A DNA stretch of 37,918 bases. Origin: a virus (Duplodnaviria > Caudoviricetes). Location of the stretch: positions 1 to 37,918 of the IMG/VR virus record IMGVR_UViG_3300049137_000066; one strand, 5' to 3'. This document shows positions 26,801 to 33,496 of this stretch, piece after piece (position 1 is the first letter of the stretch; each line of letters begins with the position of its first letter). A program made the position numbers and the translations under genes. The notes below the pieces were generated by a model, which searched no databases, was not told the origin of the DNA, and was given only the letters and a program-made list of their open reading frames with translations.

Positions 26801-26811
26801 CATCCACTCAT
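20839..26811 (-). CDS. Giant (1990 aa) Cys-module protein with six inserted passenger domains; putative head fibre/decoration
   Basis: Intact ORF with high GC3; recurring LCD...FLR...DxxLDG..Y...G.V..C modules; Thr/Gly/Pro-rich; no signal peptide; lies between capsid and tail genes. Confidence 0.8.
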   Translation of the reverse strand: MSGCCGQGPVITSALAVPRVDVEPVLLCDVLPDGTVAATVLVEPVYDATTSERVGTRVVDPVTGVDYTPAGELQPCPTPESCSCEAVLLCDTVPVTTSAVTLTGTGYQVRNDQVISGAPRRGTDADATAIWSGQTVSVPGAAPDGSAAGAHTHYGVILGVGDVQCGDLDPAGTLDVTATVTYRNDGPGGAWDYYGRLSLWDGSTMVTADPFGAGSGVFFPAGDTRTATITGPVPVASLLAGDVTVEFNLETGADPLNGTPAGDQPKTWTVSGGTLTAGPAPVTGCASAATPFLRHLCRSCTGGATVTDTTLDGTTTYAVQGEVGVCGPSGEETAAPLVLGQVCYDDGTGTVRAAAVVRCAGCEDQAVQYVDVETGEEVTAPTLVDCPPAAGCDQFTGTLCYQEPATQDPSFTLHKFNNADPNHPGCLVGLDAMDGDFPFIQYNDPITAWEGTYSSNTGTASNVEISAPELGGFIDWSTFSPPIPSVPNAGIPAPYTGTAVFNGVTVTLEVFTEQALTTGTQYLRMGGTLHFRLSFSSPVTMLFGTQGFADPAPDNGERFCNVTATGVVTGAGEIRTAYGLRDCETGETTWRDQVSGQDVDLTQAVVVPCPQAQRDCASPTEPTATVGLCLADGTPIAVTVVRDCAGIVTSEGWLNLTTGAYSAGAPPAGTVACGDSRSVQVSGTFCDVLADGTVAGLVLVEYSYDDTGAISSVRLVDAVTGTTYTPQGTVTTCPAGVEQPQQDAVILCHTAADGTVTEFLRDYRRDELGAVVGHSDYLLDGTAYTPDLAGTVGVCPPQGCQNCETLVLCADDSATITGQGVSSGTLSNGVTWQVKGNASATPSNLSNADGAWWGNTAIFPNANIPAYTFTFTRPAVVEFSVYMGYFSPTPEPDDNCMQLPAGLEVVSLPAGFVYNPVTGLVCVNVTQAADPTGANMANPTRAVSARFRTPGPVSTLTTRFLGPRRAISGAFRTAWVGALQVTASVQFLRRICRDCEGLVTGITDTLLDGTTAYVPPAVVGVCEPSQEQPQGADAEPLLLCHTATADGTVTPFLRHLVYNASTGVMTARTDTLLDGTTLFAPGAGTVGICTEPQPCDVSPVCFQPNGRVEFISNQGTPGTPGSTANTVDADWKWQTDPNAPAASWWDMYRIAKNGAWTNDPSSAATGYEGTAHWVGAHCNGFVQTRCNPVGANEGPGFLTVQPGLSAANPFNWYASATFDLPADADPASIQIEVPALAADQLLVAWRLNTGPWQPVGTDYQTLYTLPASTVPGAQAGTNRITLHIQETSPSDSSEGLLAHVVATYAVESLVQWTRILCPDGTTTYLDEFGDEQTAVPAGWVQVPCPSGEAAGVDVETWPLCVLDNTTGNVLQAVRAEQVYDATGAATGAPRIVDAVTGGPVAIPGGAHLGVCPDGDAPADVELVVLCDVTEVTTPEETPERITNGHFATDASGWALTGGARYVPSSSPDGSVGFLDLSADNGAAGTAEQTTTVTPGLTYNLSARIGIWSTGGNTPQQVRVDVLDGSGAVLHTETVTPAAVSGGPLWPADGVVGPVPIVATDTTMTVRFTDLVGGDFIDALLDDVSLLGPGVPAVTTEEVVPFLRRYTFDADGTATHTDTTLDGDTYLPSGEVTACTGNSTGGGDGTGEDVETVLLCDVTEGEAQSYTPTSTAVLPPVASTEPAISSTTAGYMVDPTPAFSSGGSVMVPTWGTDPGGSRINAISGRVTSSGPTPCGTPGDVRVTVSLRATNTGAATDVGSPEAGLTIRNGTTVLDTANVANTNTGAAQTFEVEAVVPWADLIAGNITWYWWARVYQGPNIHKTFTVDQYAVTVEDAEPIAGCGEGAVTSFLRHFTPDPAAGTAPYFDTTVDGAAYEPTGTVTSCAAAAASTPAPPDPADQPVQTGIRRVTGTVVQALVTEFPGLQSVSLAVLADTVHVTMGNGAAQPVPAGATLTWSTNDTDDSSLSVATFAGATAAASYLLNWTWKATVAG

Positions 26812-26814
26812 GGG

Positions 26815-29800
26815 TCAACTCCCAGTCGTAAAGGCGACGGTGACGATCCCGTCCACCGCCGTGACGGATAGCGGGCCGACCAGGGCCGCGTCTTGTTCCT
26901 TGTCGGTGGACCAGGTCACGGACTCACCCCGGAAGAGCGTGGAGGCGCCCTCCACGGTGGTGATCTGGCCCGTGCCGGTGTGGGCGGTGAACGTGGCGGA
27001 GCGCAGCGCCACGACCGTGGAGGCGTCCCACGTCCCGCCCACGGGGAGCTGGACGCGGTGCGCCTGGACCGTGACGGGGAGCGGCGCCCCCGCCTCGACG
27101 GTGGCGCAGTCCACGGGCGATACCGGCGCGTAGGGCTGCGTCAGGTCCTCGGTGTAGGTGCCCACGCTGGTGAGGACTCCGGCGCAGTCCACGGCCAGGA
27201 GCTCGACGTACTCCACGTCCGCGATGCCGTCGCCGTCCGTGTCGTCGCACCGGCAGGCGGAGAGGACGGTGTGGGCCGGGCACGGCTCCTCCGCCGGCGC
27301 GCACTGGCCCACCTCGCCGGTGACGTCGTACGGGTCGCCGTCCAGGGTGGTGTCCGCCGTGGTGAGGACGTCCCCGGTCTCCGCGTCCACGGTGAGGGTG
27401 CGGAGGAACTGGACCGGGCCCGTGGCGGTGGTGTCGCAGAGCAGGAGCGTGCTGGTGCCCGGAGACGGCGGGGCAACCGTCGAGCCGCCGCCGTCGCCGG
27501 ACGTGCACTGGCCCACCTCGCCCTCCACGACGTACGGCGTGGAGCCGTCCAGGGCGAAGTCCTCGGCGGAGGTGAGGCCGCCGTCGCAGTCGAAGACCAT
27601 GCGCCGCAGGAACGGGCTCGCCGTGACGGTGAGGACGGAGGTCCGCAGCTCAATCGGCATCACGAACAGATCGCGATCATTGATCGCGCCGCCGGTGGTC
27701 AGGTCGGTCCAGCGGATCGTCACCGTGCCGGTGGCCGGCGCGATGAACGAGAGCGGAGGCTCCTCGGCGAGGACGCCGCCGGGGAACACGCTGGAGCCGT
27801 TGGAGGTGTTCTGGGTCCTGGTGGCGAGCACGGTGGTGCCGTCCAGGATCTCCAGCAGATAAACGGCGTCGTTGGCGGCCGGGTTGGAGCCTCCCGCGCC
27901 GATCCACGCCGTGGCGAACCGGTAGTCGTAGAGGACCGTCGCCAGGAGCCCGCCCACGGTGAGCTCGGCCACGCCGGTGGCGGGCTGGTTGGCCTGCGCA
28001 AACCAGAGCGTGGTGCCCTGGTTCCCGGTCACGACGTTCCCGGTGAGGGTGAAGTCCCGCGCCGGGGTGGGGATGGGGGCCTGCGGGTCGTACGTGAGGT
28101 CACAGAGCTGGACGAGCTCGGTGTCTCCGCACGGCGGGACGGTCGTCCCGCTGCTCGCCGGGGCGCACTGGCCGATGGCGCCGGTCGGGGCGTACGCGGT
28201 GCCGTCCGGGAGGGTGTAGGTGACCGACTCCACCGCGCCGGTCTCGCAGTCGGTGACCACGTTCGCGAAGACCTGCGCCGCACACCCGGCCTGGTCGTAG
28301 GCCACGGTCGTGGTGAACGCGGAGAGCTCCCACCCGGTCCGCCTCGGGGGCGGGCAAGTGGCGCCGCTGTCGTCGTAGGCGTCGAACGCGGCCAGGACGG
28401 CGATGTTCCCGGCGGCCAGGTCGGCGGCCGGCACATCGGCCTCGGCGGTCAGGGTTCCTGACCAGCCGGCAGGAGTGTCGAGCGGGGCCAGGGCCAGGGC
28501 CACCCGGTTGGCCTCGCCGCTGCCGTTGTAGATCCCGATGAACCCGGTGTTGCGGCAGCCGTTGTCCGGGCCGAGCTGGGTCACGTTGACCTGGACCGTC
28601 ACGTGGGCGGTGCCGGTGTCGCAGGCCGGCCGCGGGGCCTGGATGGTGGCGGCTGCGGTGCGGACGGTGCCGCCCGTGCCTGGCTGCGGGCCGGTAGCGT
28701 CCGGGAGGGTGAGCGTGCCGCCGTCCCAGAGCGCCTGTGCTCCGGGCGTGGGCACGCCCGTGGTGTACGGGTAGTACGGCGCTCCGCTGGTGTCCGTGAG
28801 GGTGGCGGCCGGGGTGCCGTCCTGGGGGAGGTCGCACACAAGGAGCGTGGAGGTGTTGCGGCACGGTGGGGCCGGGCAGACGCCGAGGTGCGCCCCGCCG
28901 GGGACCGCGACGGGCGCGCCGGTGACGGCGTCCACGAACCGGTTCCCCACCGCCAGGCCGGCGGCGTCGTAGACGACCTCCCGGCGGATCTCCTGGAGGA
29001 CGTCGCCGGTGGCGTTGTCGATGACGCACAGGCCGTAGGACTCCACGTCCACGGGCGGGGGCGTCGGGGCCGGCTGCTCCGGCTGGCAGACGCCCACCGT
29101 GCCGGTGACCGCGTAGGTGCCGCCGTCCAGGGTGTAGTCCGTGTGCCCGGTGATGAGGCCGGCCGCGTCGCGCCGGTAGTCCCGCACGAACGCCGTGGTG
29201 GTGCCGTCCGCCTGGACGTCGCACAGGACCACGGAGTCCTGTTCCGGGAGCTGGTCCCCGCCGCCGGGGCACTGCCGGAGGACGCCCTGGAGGGTGTACG
29301 GGTCGCCGGTGGCCGGGTTGAGGAGCTGGACGCTCGCCAGGGAGCCGTCCGGGGCGTAGGCGTACTCGACGAGGACCAGGCCGAGGACGTCCCCGGTGGC
29401 CGGGTCGGTGTCGCAGAGGATGCCGGTGAGCTCGAACGCGGAGGCGTCCCCGCACGGCCGGGCCCCGGCCGGGGGCGCGCCCTCGCTGTAGGTGCCGGTA
29501 AGGAGCTGGACCCACCCCTGGCGGGTCACCGCGCCGTCACAGTCCCGGGTGAGGAGGACGGCGATCGGTGTCCCGTCCGCGAGGCAGAGGCCCACGGTGG
29601 CCACGGGTGCGGCGTCACAGCCCGTGGAGCACGTACGGACCGGGCCGGTGACGATGTGCGGCGTCGCGCCGTCCAGGGCGTAGTCCAGGAACGTGGCCAC
29701 GCCCTGGAGCCACGTGTACCGGCGCAGGAACGGGCCGGAGTCGTCGCAGAGCTGGAGGGTTTCCGTCTCCTGGCTCCCCCACTCGCACTCCACCGGGGAG

Positions 29801-30216
29801 ACGGGTACGTAGGGGGTGGAGGGGTCGCCCTGGTAGGTGAGGACCAGGGAGGTGGTGCCGTCCGCGCGGACGCACCAGAGCTCGGAGTACGTGGCGTCCG
29901 CCGCGCCGTCCCCGTCCGTGTCGTCACAGAGGGTCCGGCAGACGGTCTCCACACAGCCGGGGGTCTCGCACGGGCCGGCGTCGGCCGGCGCGGCGCCGGG
30001 GGTGAAGACGCCGGTTGCGGGGTCAATCCAGCCGGTGACCTCCGGCGGGGCGGCATCGTCGCCGCAGTCGGCGGCCGGGGAGCTCACCACCAGGAGGATG
30101 GTGGTCCCGTCCTCCCGACAGAGGGGCGTGGTGGTGATGGCCGGGGAGTAACAGGCGGCGGGGTCGCCCGGCGTGCCGCCGCCGTCCGGGCCGCACGGGA
30201 TTGGCTGTACAGGCAA
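26815..30216 (-). CDS. Large (1133 aa) Cys-module protein with two inserted passenger domains; paralog of the 1990-aa protein
   Basis: Shares ATVGLCLADGTPIAV..RDC, LVLVEY.Y, RDYRRD and VDAVTG.PVA.PGGAHLGVCP modules and the C-terminal domain. Confidence 0.8.
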   Translation of the reverse strand: MPVQPIPCGPDGGGTPGDPAACYSPAITTTPLCREDGTTILLVVSSPAADCGDDAAPPEVTGWIDPATGVFTPGAAPADAGPCETPGCVETVCRTLCDDTDGDGAADATYSELWCVRADGTTSLVLTYQGDPSTPYVPVSPVECEWGSQETETLQLCDDSGPFLRRYTWLQGVATFLDYALDGATPHIVTGPVRTCSTGCDAAPVATVGLCLADGTPIAVLLTRDCDGAVTRQGWVQLLTGTYSEGAPPAGARPCGDASAFELTGILCDTDPATGDVLGLVLVEYAYAPDGSLASVQLLNPATGDPYTLQGVLRQCPGGGDQLPEQDSVVLCDVQADGTTTAFVRDYRRDAAGLITGHTDYTLDGGTYAVTGTVGVCQPEQPAPTPPPVDVESYGLCVIDNATGDVLQEIRREVVYDAAGLAVGNRFVDAVTGAPVAVPGGAHLGVCPAPPCRNTSTLLVCDLPQDGTPAATLTDTSGAPYYPYTTGVPTPGAQALWDGGTLTLPDATGPQPGTGGTVRTAAATIQAPRPACDTGTAHVTVQVNVTQLGPDNGCRNTGFIGIYNGSGEANRVALALAPLDTPAGWSGTLTAEADVPAADLAAGNIAVLAAFDAYDDSGATCPPPRRTGWELSAFTTTVAYDQAGCAAQVFANVVTDCETGAVESVTYTLPDGTAYAPTGAIGQCAPASSGTTVPPCGDTELVQLCDLTYDPQAPIPTPARDFTLTGNVVTGNQGTTLWFAQANQPATGVAELTVGGLLATVLYDYRFATAWIGAGGSNPAANDAVYLLEILDGTTVLATRTQNTSNGSSVFPGGVLAEEPPLSFIAPATGTVTIRWTDLTTGGAINDRDLFVMPIELRTSVLTVTASPFLRRMVFDCDGGLTSAEDFALDGSTPYVVEGEVGQCTSGDGGGSTVAPPSPGTSTLLLCDTTATGPVQFLRTLTVDAETGDVLTTADTTLDGDPYDVTGEVGQCAPAEEPCPAHTVLSACRCDDTDGDGIADVEYVELLAVDCAGVLTSVGTYTEDLTQPYAPVSPVDCATVEAGAPLPVTVQAHRVQLPVGGTWDASTVVALRSATFTAHTGTGQITTVEGASTLFRGESVTWSTDKEQDAALVGPLSVTAVDGIVTVAFTTGS

Positions 30217-30221
30217 GGGGA

Positions 30222-30842
30222 CTACCTCCCGTGGACCATGCGGCGGTGGGTGTCCCGGCCGCGCTCGGTTTCGAACGACTTCGGGCAGCGGTCACAGGGG
30301 TGCGGCTTGTCGGCGGGTGGGTCGCTTCGGTCGCTGTCCCCCGGCTTGTCTCCCGCCGTGTCCCCCGGCTTGTCCCCCGTGTCCCCGCTGCTCACGGCGG
30401 GTGCGGCCGGGACGGTGTCCTCCCGGTCCCCGGCCGTGTCCCCGACGTTGTCCCCCGTGTCCCCGGCCCTGTCCCCGAGGGGGACAACGGTCTCCGGGCC
30501 GTCCTCACCCACGATGACGAGGCCGCCGGGTTCGAACGGCTCGGCGTCCTCCAGCGGCGCGAACACGGGCGGCGCCAGGGGGAAGCCGTCCACGGTGGCC
30601 ACGCCCAGGAGCTCGGGCGCACCGGCCGGGGCCGCCTCCGTGGCCTCCTCGGCGGGCTCGTACGGGTAGCCGTTGACGGTGGCGCCCTGGAGCAGCGCCT
30701 CCGGGATCTCCGCGAAGAGGTGCGGCGGGACGCCGAACGCCTCGGCGGAGACGGTGCGCAGCTTCGGGGTCTGCGCGACCGCCCACCGTGCGAACGCGCG
30801 CCGCACCGGGCCGGCGGGCTGGACGGTGAGGAGATCGGCCAT
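30222..30842 (-). CDS. 206-aa protein with GD-rich linker and C-terminal C2H2 zinc finger
   Basis: Start ATG 30842 overlaps the pentamer stop; ends HPCDRCPKSFETERGRDTHRRMVH (C-x2-C-x3-F-x8-H-x4-H). Confidence 0.75.
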   Translation of the reverse strand: MADLLTVQPAGPVRRAFARWAVAQTPKLRTVSAEAFGVPPHLFAEIPEALLQGATVNGYPYEPAEEATEAAPAGAPELLGVATVDGFPLAPPVFAPLEDAEPFEPGGLVIVGEDGPETVVPLGDRAGDTGDNVGDTAGDREDTVPAAPAVSSGDTGDKPGDTAGDKPGDSDRSDPPADKPHPCDRCPKSFETERGRDTHRRMVHGR

Positions 30843-31687
30843 CAGTCGCACGCCCTCACCTGGACGGCGCACACCGTGCACGTGGTGCCCACGACGTACG
30901 TGCGCTCCAGGAGCACGGACCGCAGGTTGGTGCGGATGTTCACGGAGGCGGAGCGGTCGGGGATGACGTCCAGCGGCCCGCGGCGGATGTGGACGGGGCC
31001 GGTGACGTACATCCATGCCGTGCCGGGCTCGGCGGGGATGCCGCCCGGGCCCGTGTTCATGGCCGAGTACCCGGCGCCGATGACGGCGCAGTTACCGGCC
31101 AGGGTCCGCAGACTCCCGGTGGCGGGGTCCTCCCGCAGGACGTTGCAGCAGCCCAGGAGTGCGGCCAGGCCCGCCGGGACGTGGAGGACGCCCTGGCCGC
31201 CGTAGGACTCCGCCAGGCAGCCCTCCAGCGCCGCTACGCCCTGCGCCGGGGAGACCGGGCCCTCCGGCGGGGTCAGGTCCACCACGTCCGTGGTGAGGCG
31301 GGTGTCCCACCAGGCGGCTTCCAGGCCGTGTTGTTCCCCGAGGTCCATCGCCGCGCGGGCGTGCTCCACGGCCTCCTCGAAGGTCCAGCCCATGGTGGAG
31401 CACTCCATGCCGGAGTACAGGGTGATGGGCGTCGCGTGCTCGAACTCCGGGCGGCAGAACGTCTTTTCCACGGGCTCGCCGGGCGACTCCTCGCCGGGGG
31501 ACTCCGCCTCCGTCAGGCACGGGTCGTGCCACTGCTGGACGGGGCAGCAGCCGAGGGCCATCCACTCCACACCCATGAGCTCGTGGACGTCCTCCACGTC
31601 CCGCACGTTGGTGCACGCGTTGAGGATGCCGTGGGGCAGGGGGGTGCCCGCGATGGGCTCGACTCGTTTCCGCATGGCTGCGGGCAT
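30842..31687 (-). CDS. Second capsid protein (major capsid pentamer-type)
   Basis: Follows the major capsid gene; PITLYSG.EC..LGEQHGLE..GVAALE..GVLHVP..GAGY..WMYVTGPV.IRRG..ERTYVV resembles the pentamer protein of cluster-B-type actinophages (recalled, not searched). Confidence 0.7.
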   Translation of the reverse strand: MPAAMRKRVEPIAGTPLPHGILNACTNVRDVEDVHELMGVEWMALGCCPVQQWHDPCLTEAESPGEESPGEPVEKTFCRPEFEHATPITLYSGMECSTMGWTFEEAVEHARAAMDLGEQHGLEAAWWDTRLTTDVVDLTPPEGPVSPAQGVAALEGCLAESYGGQGVLHVPAGLAALLGCCNVLREDPATGSLRTLAGNCAVIGAGYSAMNTGPGGIPAEPGTAWMYVTGPVHIRRGPLDVIPDRSASVNIRTNLRSVLLERTYVVGTTCTVCAVQVRACD

Positions 31688-31716
31688 GGCTCCACCTCCG
31701 TGGACGGGTCAGGCCG

Positions 31717-31748
31717 TGGCGGGCCCGCGGCGCTGCGCGGGCCCGCCA
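31717..31748 (-). terminator. 13-bp hairpin between the two capsid genes
   Basis: tggcgggcccgcg / cgcgggcccgcca, 6-nt loop. Confidence 0.65.
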
Positions 31749-31767
31749 GAGGGCCGAGGGTGGAGGG

Positions 31768-33465
31768 TCAGGAGGTGGTGCCGGCGGCGCACAGCATCTC
31801 GAGCTGCGCACCGGTCGCGCCGTCCGGGCAGACCGGGACGGTGACCAGGCGGGTGTCCACGCTGCGGTCCACGAGCGCGCTGCATTCCTCGGCGAAGATT
31901 GCAGTGAAATCGTTAAATCGGAACTTCGTACTGTCGTGGATCACGCCCAGGTTGACCTCCTCGCCGCGCCCGATGACCAGCGAACCGGCCGGGTACATGA
32001 GGAATTTGATCGTGCTGGGGAACGCCTGCGCCGGAGTGGCGCCGCCGATCTCGTCCGGCACCGCCGGGTTGAGGCCGCGCGCGAACTGGACGCGGACGCC
32101 CAGCTTCGTGAACGTGTCCTGGATGCAGTTGGGGTCCAGGTCGCAGATGTTGACGCCGTTCTGGCGGGCCAGGTCCGCGAGGAAGAGCTGACGGGACCAG
32201 TACGGGAACACGACCTCCAGGGCCGTGGACTCGCACAGGCTGTGCCGCTCGATGACGTCGGCGCTCTGGAGGGCGACCGCCGCGAACACGGCGGAGAGCG
32301 CGCCGAAGGACGGGTCCATGACCACGGGCGTGGCCGTGTTGAGTGCCTGCTGGAACAGCTGCTGCTTCACGCGGATCTCGTGCGCCACCATGGCGTTGCG
32401 CAGGTACCAGCTCACGAGCTCCGGGAAGTGGCGCTGCGTGAGGATGCCGGCCTCCAGGCAGACGCCGATGGCGTCACACCGGACCTCGACCGGGTCGGGG
32501 CACGGGATGCGGAAGCAGGGCTTTTCCGCGCCGGAGATGTCGTCCGCCTCGGTGTGGACCCACGTCATGGCGGAGACGTCCAGGGACAGAGGCTTGTAGT
32601 AGCGCAGGCCGCCGCGGGCGAGCTGGATCTCCGGGGCGTCCCACAGGAGGTCCGGGCACGCCGTGTCCGTGAGCTCGTAGACGGTCTCCGAGGGCGCGCA
32701 CCAGCCGCCGGACGCCACCAGGTCCCCGCCCTCCAGACGCCGCTGGTTGGAGGCGTGGAGGGAGACCGTGGTGCCCTCCGGCGCGGAGCTGGAGTCCGTG
32801 ACGATGAGGTCCTGCGAGTACGGGTGCCGGTAGCTGATGACCTGTCCGACGCCGCCGCCGGCCGTTTTGAGGGCGTTGGCGCGGCTGATGATGCCGGCGG
32901 TGATGTCTCCGAAGTCCAGGGGCGCGCCCGGGGTGTAGCCGGGGACGTCCACCGCTGCGGTGATGCTGGTCGTCGGTGCCGGGGCCTCGGGCAGGACGCG
33001 CGGCTGGACGCGGCGCACGGCGGAGAGGTTGAGCGCGGGACGGGCGATCGCGGATGCGGTCGCCGCGGGGGCGGCCGGGGTCTCCGGAGCGGCCGGAGCA
33101 GCCGGAGCGGCGGGGGCTGGCTCGGCGGAGGCGGCGGCCTCCTCACCGCCCTCCGGGGCCGGGTCGGCGGCCGGGGCGGCCTCGTCGCCGCGCACCCGGG
33201 CGGCCATGGCCTCGATCTCGGCGGCGGCGGCCTCGGCGGCCTCACGGCGGGAGCGCTGCTCCGACCGGATCGCCTCGGAGCCGGCGGCCAGGGCGCGCAT
33301 CTGCGCCAGGGACTCGTCCGTGATCGCGTCCTGTGCGGACAGGCCCGCGAAGGCGACGGAAGAGACTTGGAGGGCTTCCGCCAGGTCCTCGTCCGGGAGG
33401 GACGCGAGGTACGCGGAGTCAGAGAGCTGGTTGAGGTCCTGCGGGAGCTCGTACGAGTCGGCCAT
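31768..33465 (-). CDS. Major capsid protein (hexamer-type) with N-terminal scaffold-like region
   Basis: Coiled-coil and Ala/Pro N-terminus, then LVASGGWCAPSETVYEL..PEIQLARGGL..KPCFRIPCP..GIL.QRHFPEL. Start revised to ATG 33465. Confidence 0.88.
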   Translation of the reverse strand: MADSYELPQDLNQLSDSAYLASLPDEDLAEALQVSSVAFAGLSAQDAITDESLAQMRALAAGSEAIRSEQRSRREAAEAAAAEIEAMAARVRGDEAAPAADPAPEGGEEAAASAEPAPAAPAAPAAPETPAAPAATASAIARPALNLSAVRRVQPRVLPEAPAPTTSITAAVDVPGYTPGAPLDFGDITAGIISRANALKTAGGGVGQVISYRHPYSQDLIVTDSSSAPEGTTVSLHASNQRRLEGGDLVASGGWCAPSETVYELTDTACPDLLWDAPEIQLARGGLRYYKPLSLDVSAMTWVHTEADDISGAEKPCFRIPCPDPVEVRCDAIGVCLEAGILTQRHFPELVSWYLRNAMVAHEIRVKQQLFQQALNTATPVVMDPSFGALSAVFAAVALQSADVIERHSLCESTALEVVFPYWSRQLFLADLARQNGVNICDLDPNCIQDTFTKLGVRVQFARGLNPAVPDEIGGATPAQAFPSTIKFLMYPAGSLVIGRGEEVNLGVIHDSTKFRFNDFTAIFAEECSALVDRSVDTRLVTVPVCPDGATGAQLEMLCAAGTTS

Positions 33466-33496
33466 GAGGGCGGGTCTCCAGGGTGTGAATCTGGTG

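Noticed and set aside
20839-30216. Giant ORFs as host secreted adhesins, RHS toxins or intein-containing proteins
   Set aside because: No signal peptide, LPXTG or YD repeats, and no intein C-terminal HN-C/S/T motif at the insert ends. They are tightly coupled to the phage operon.
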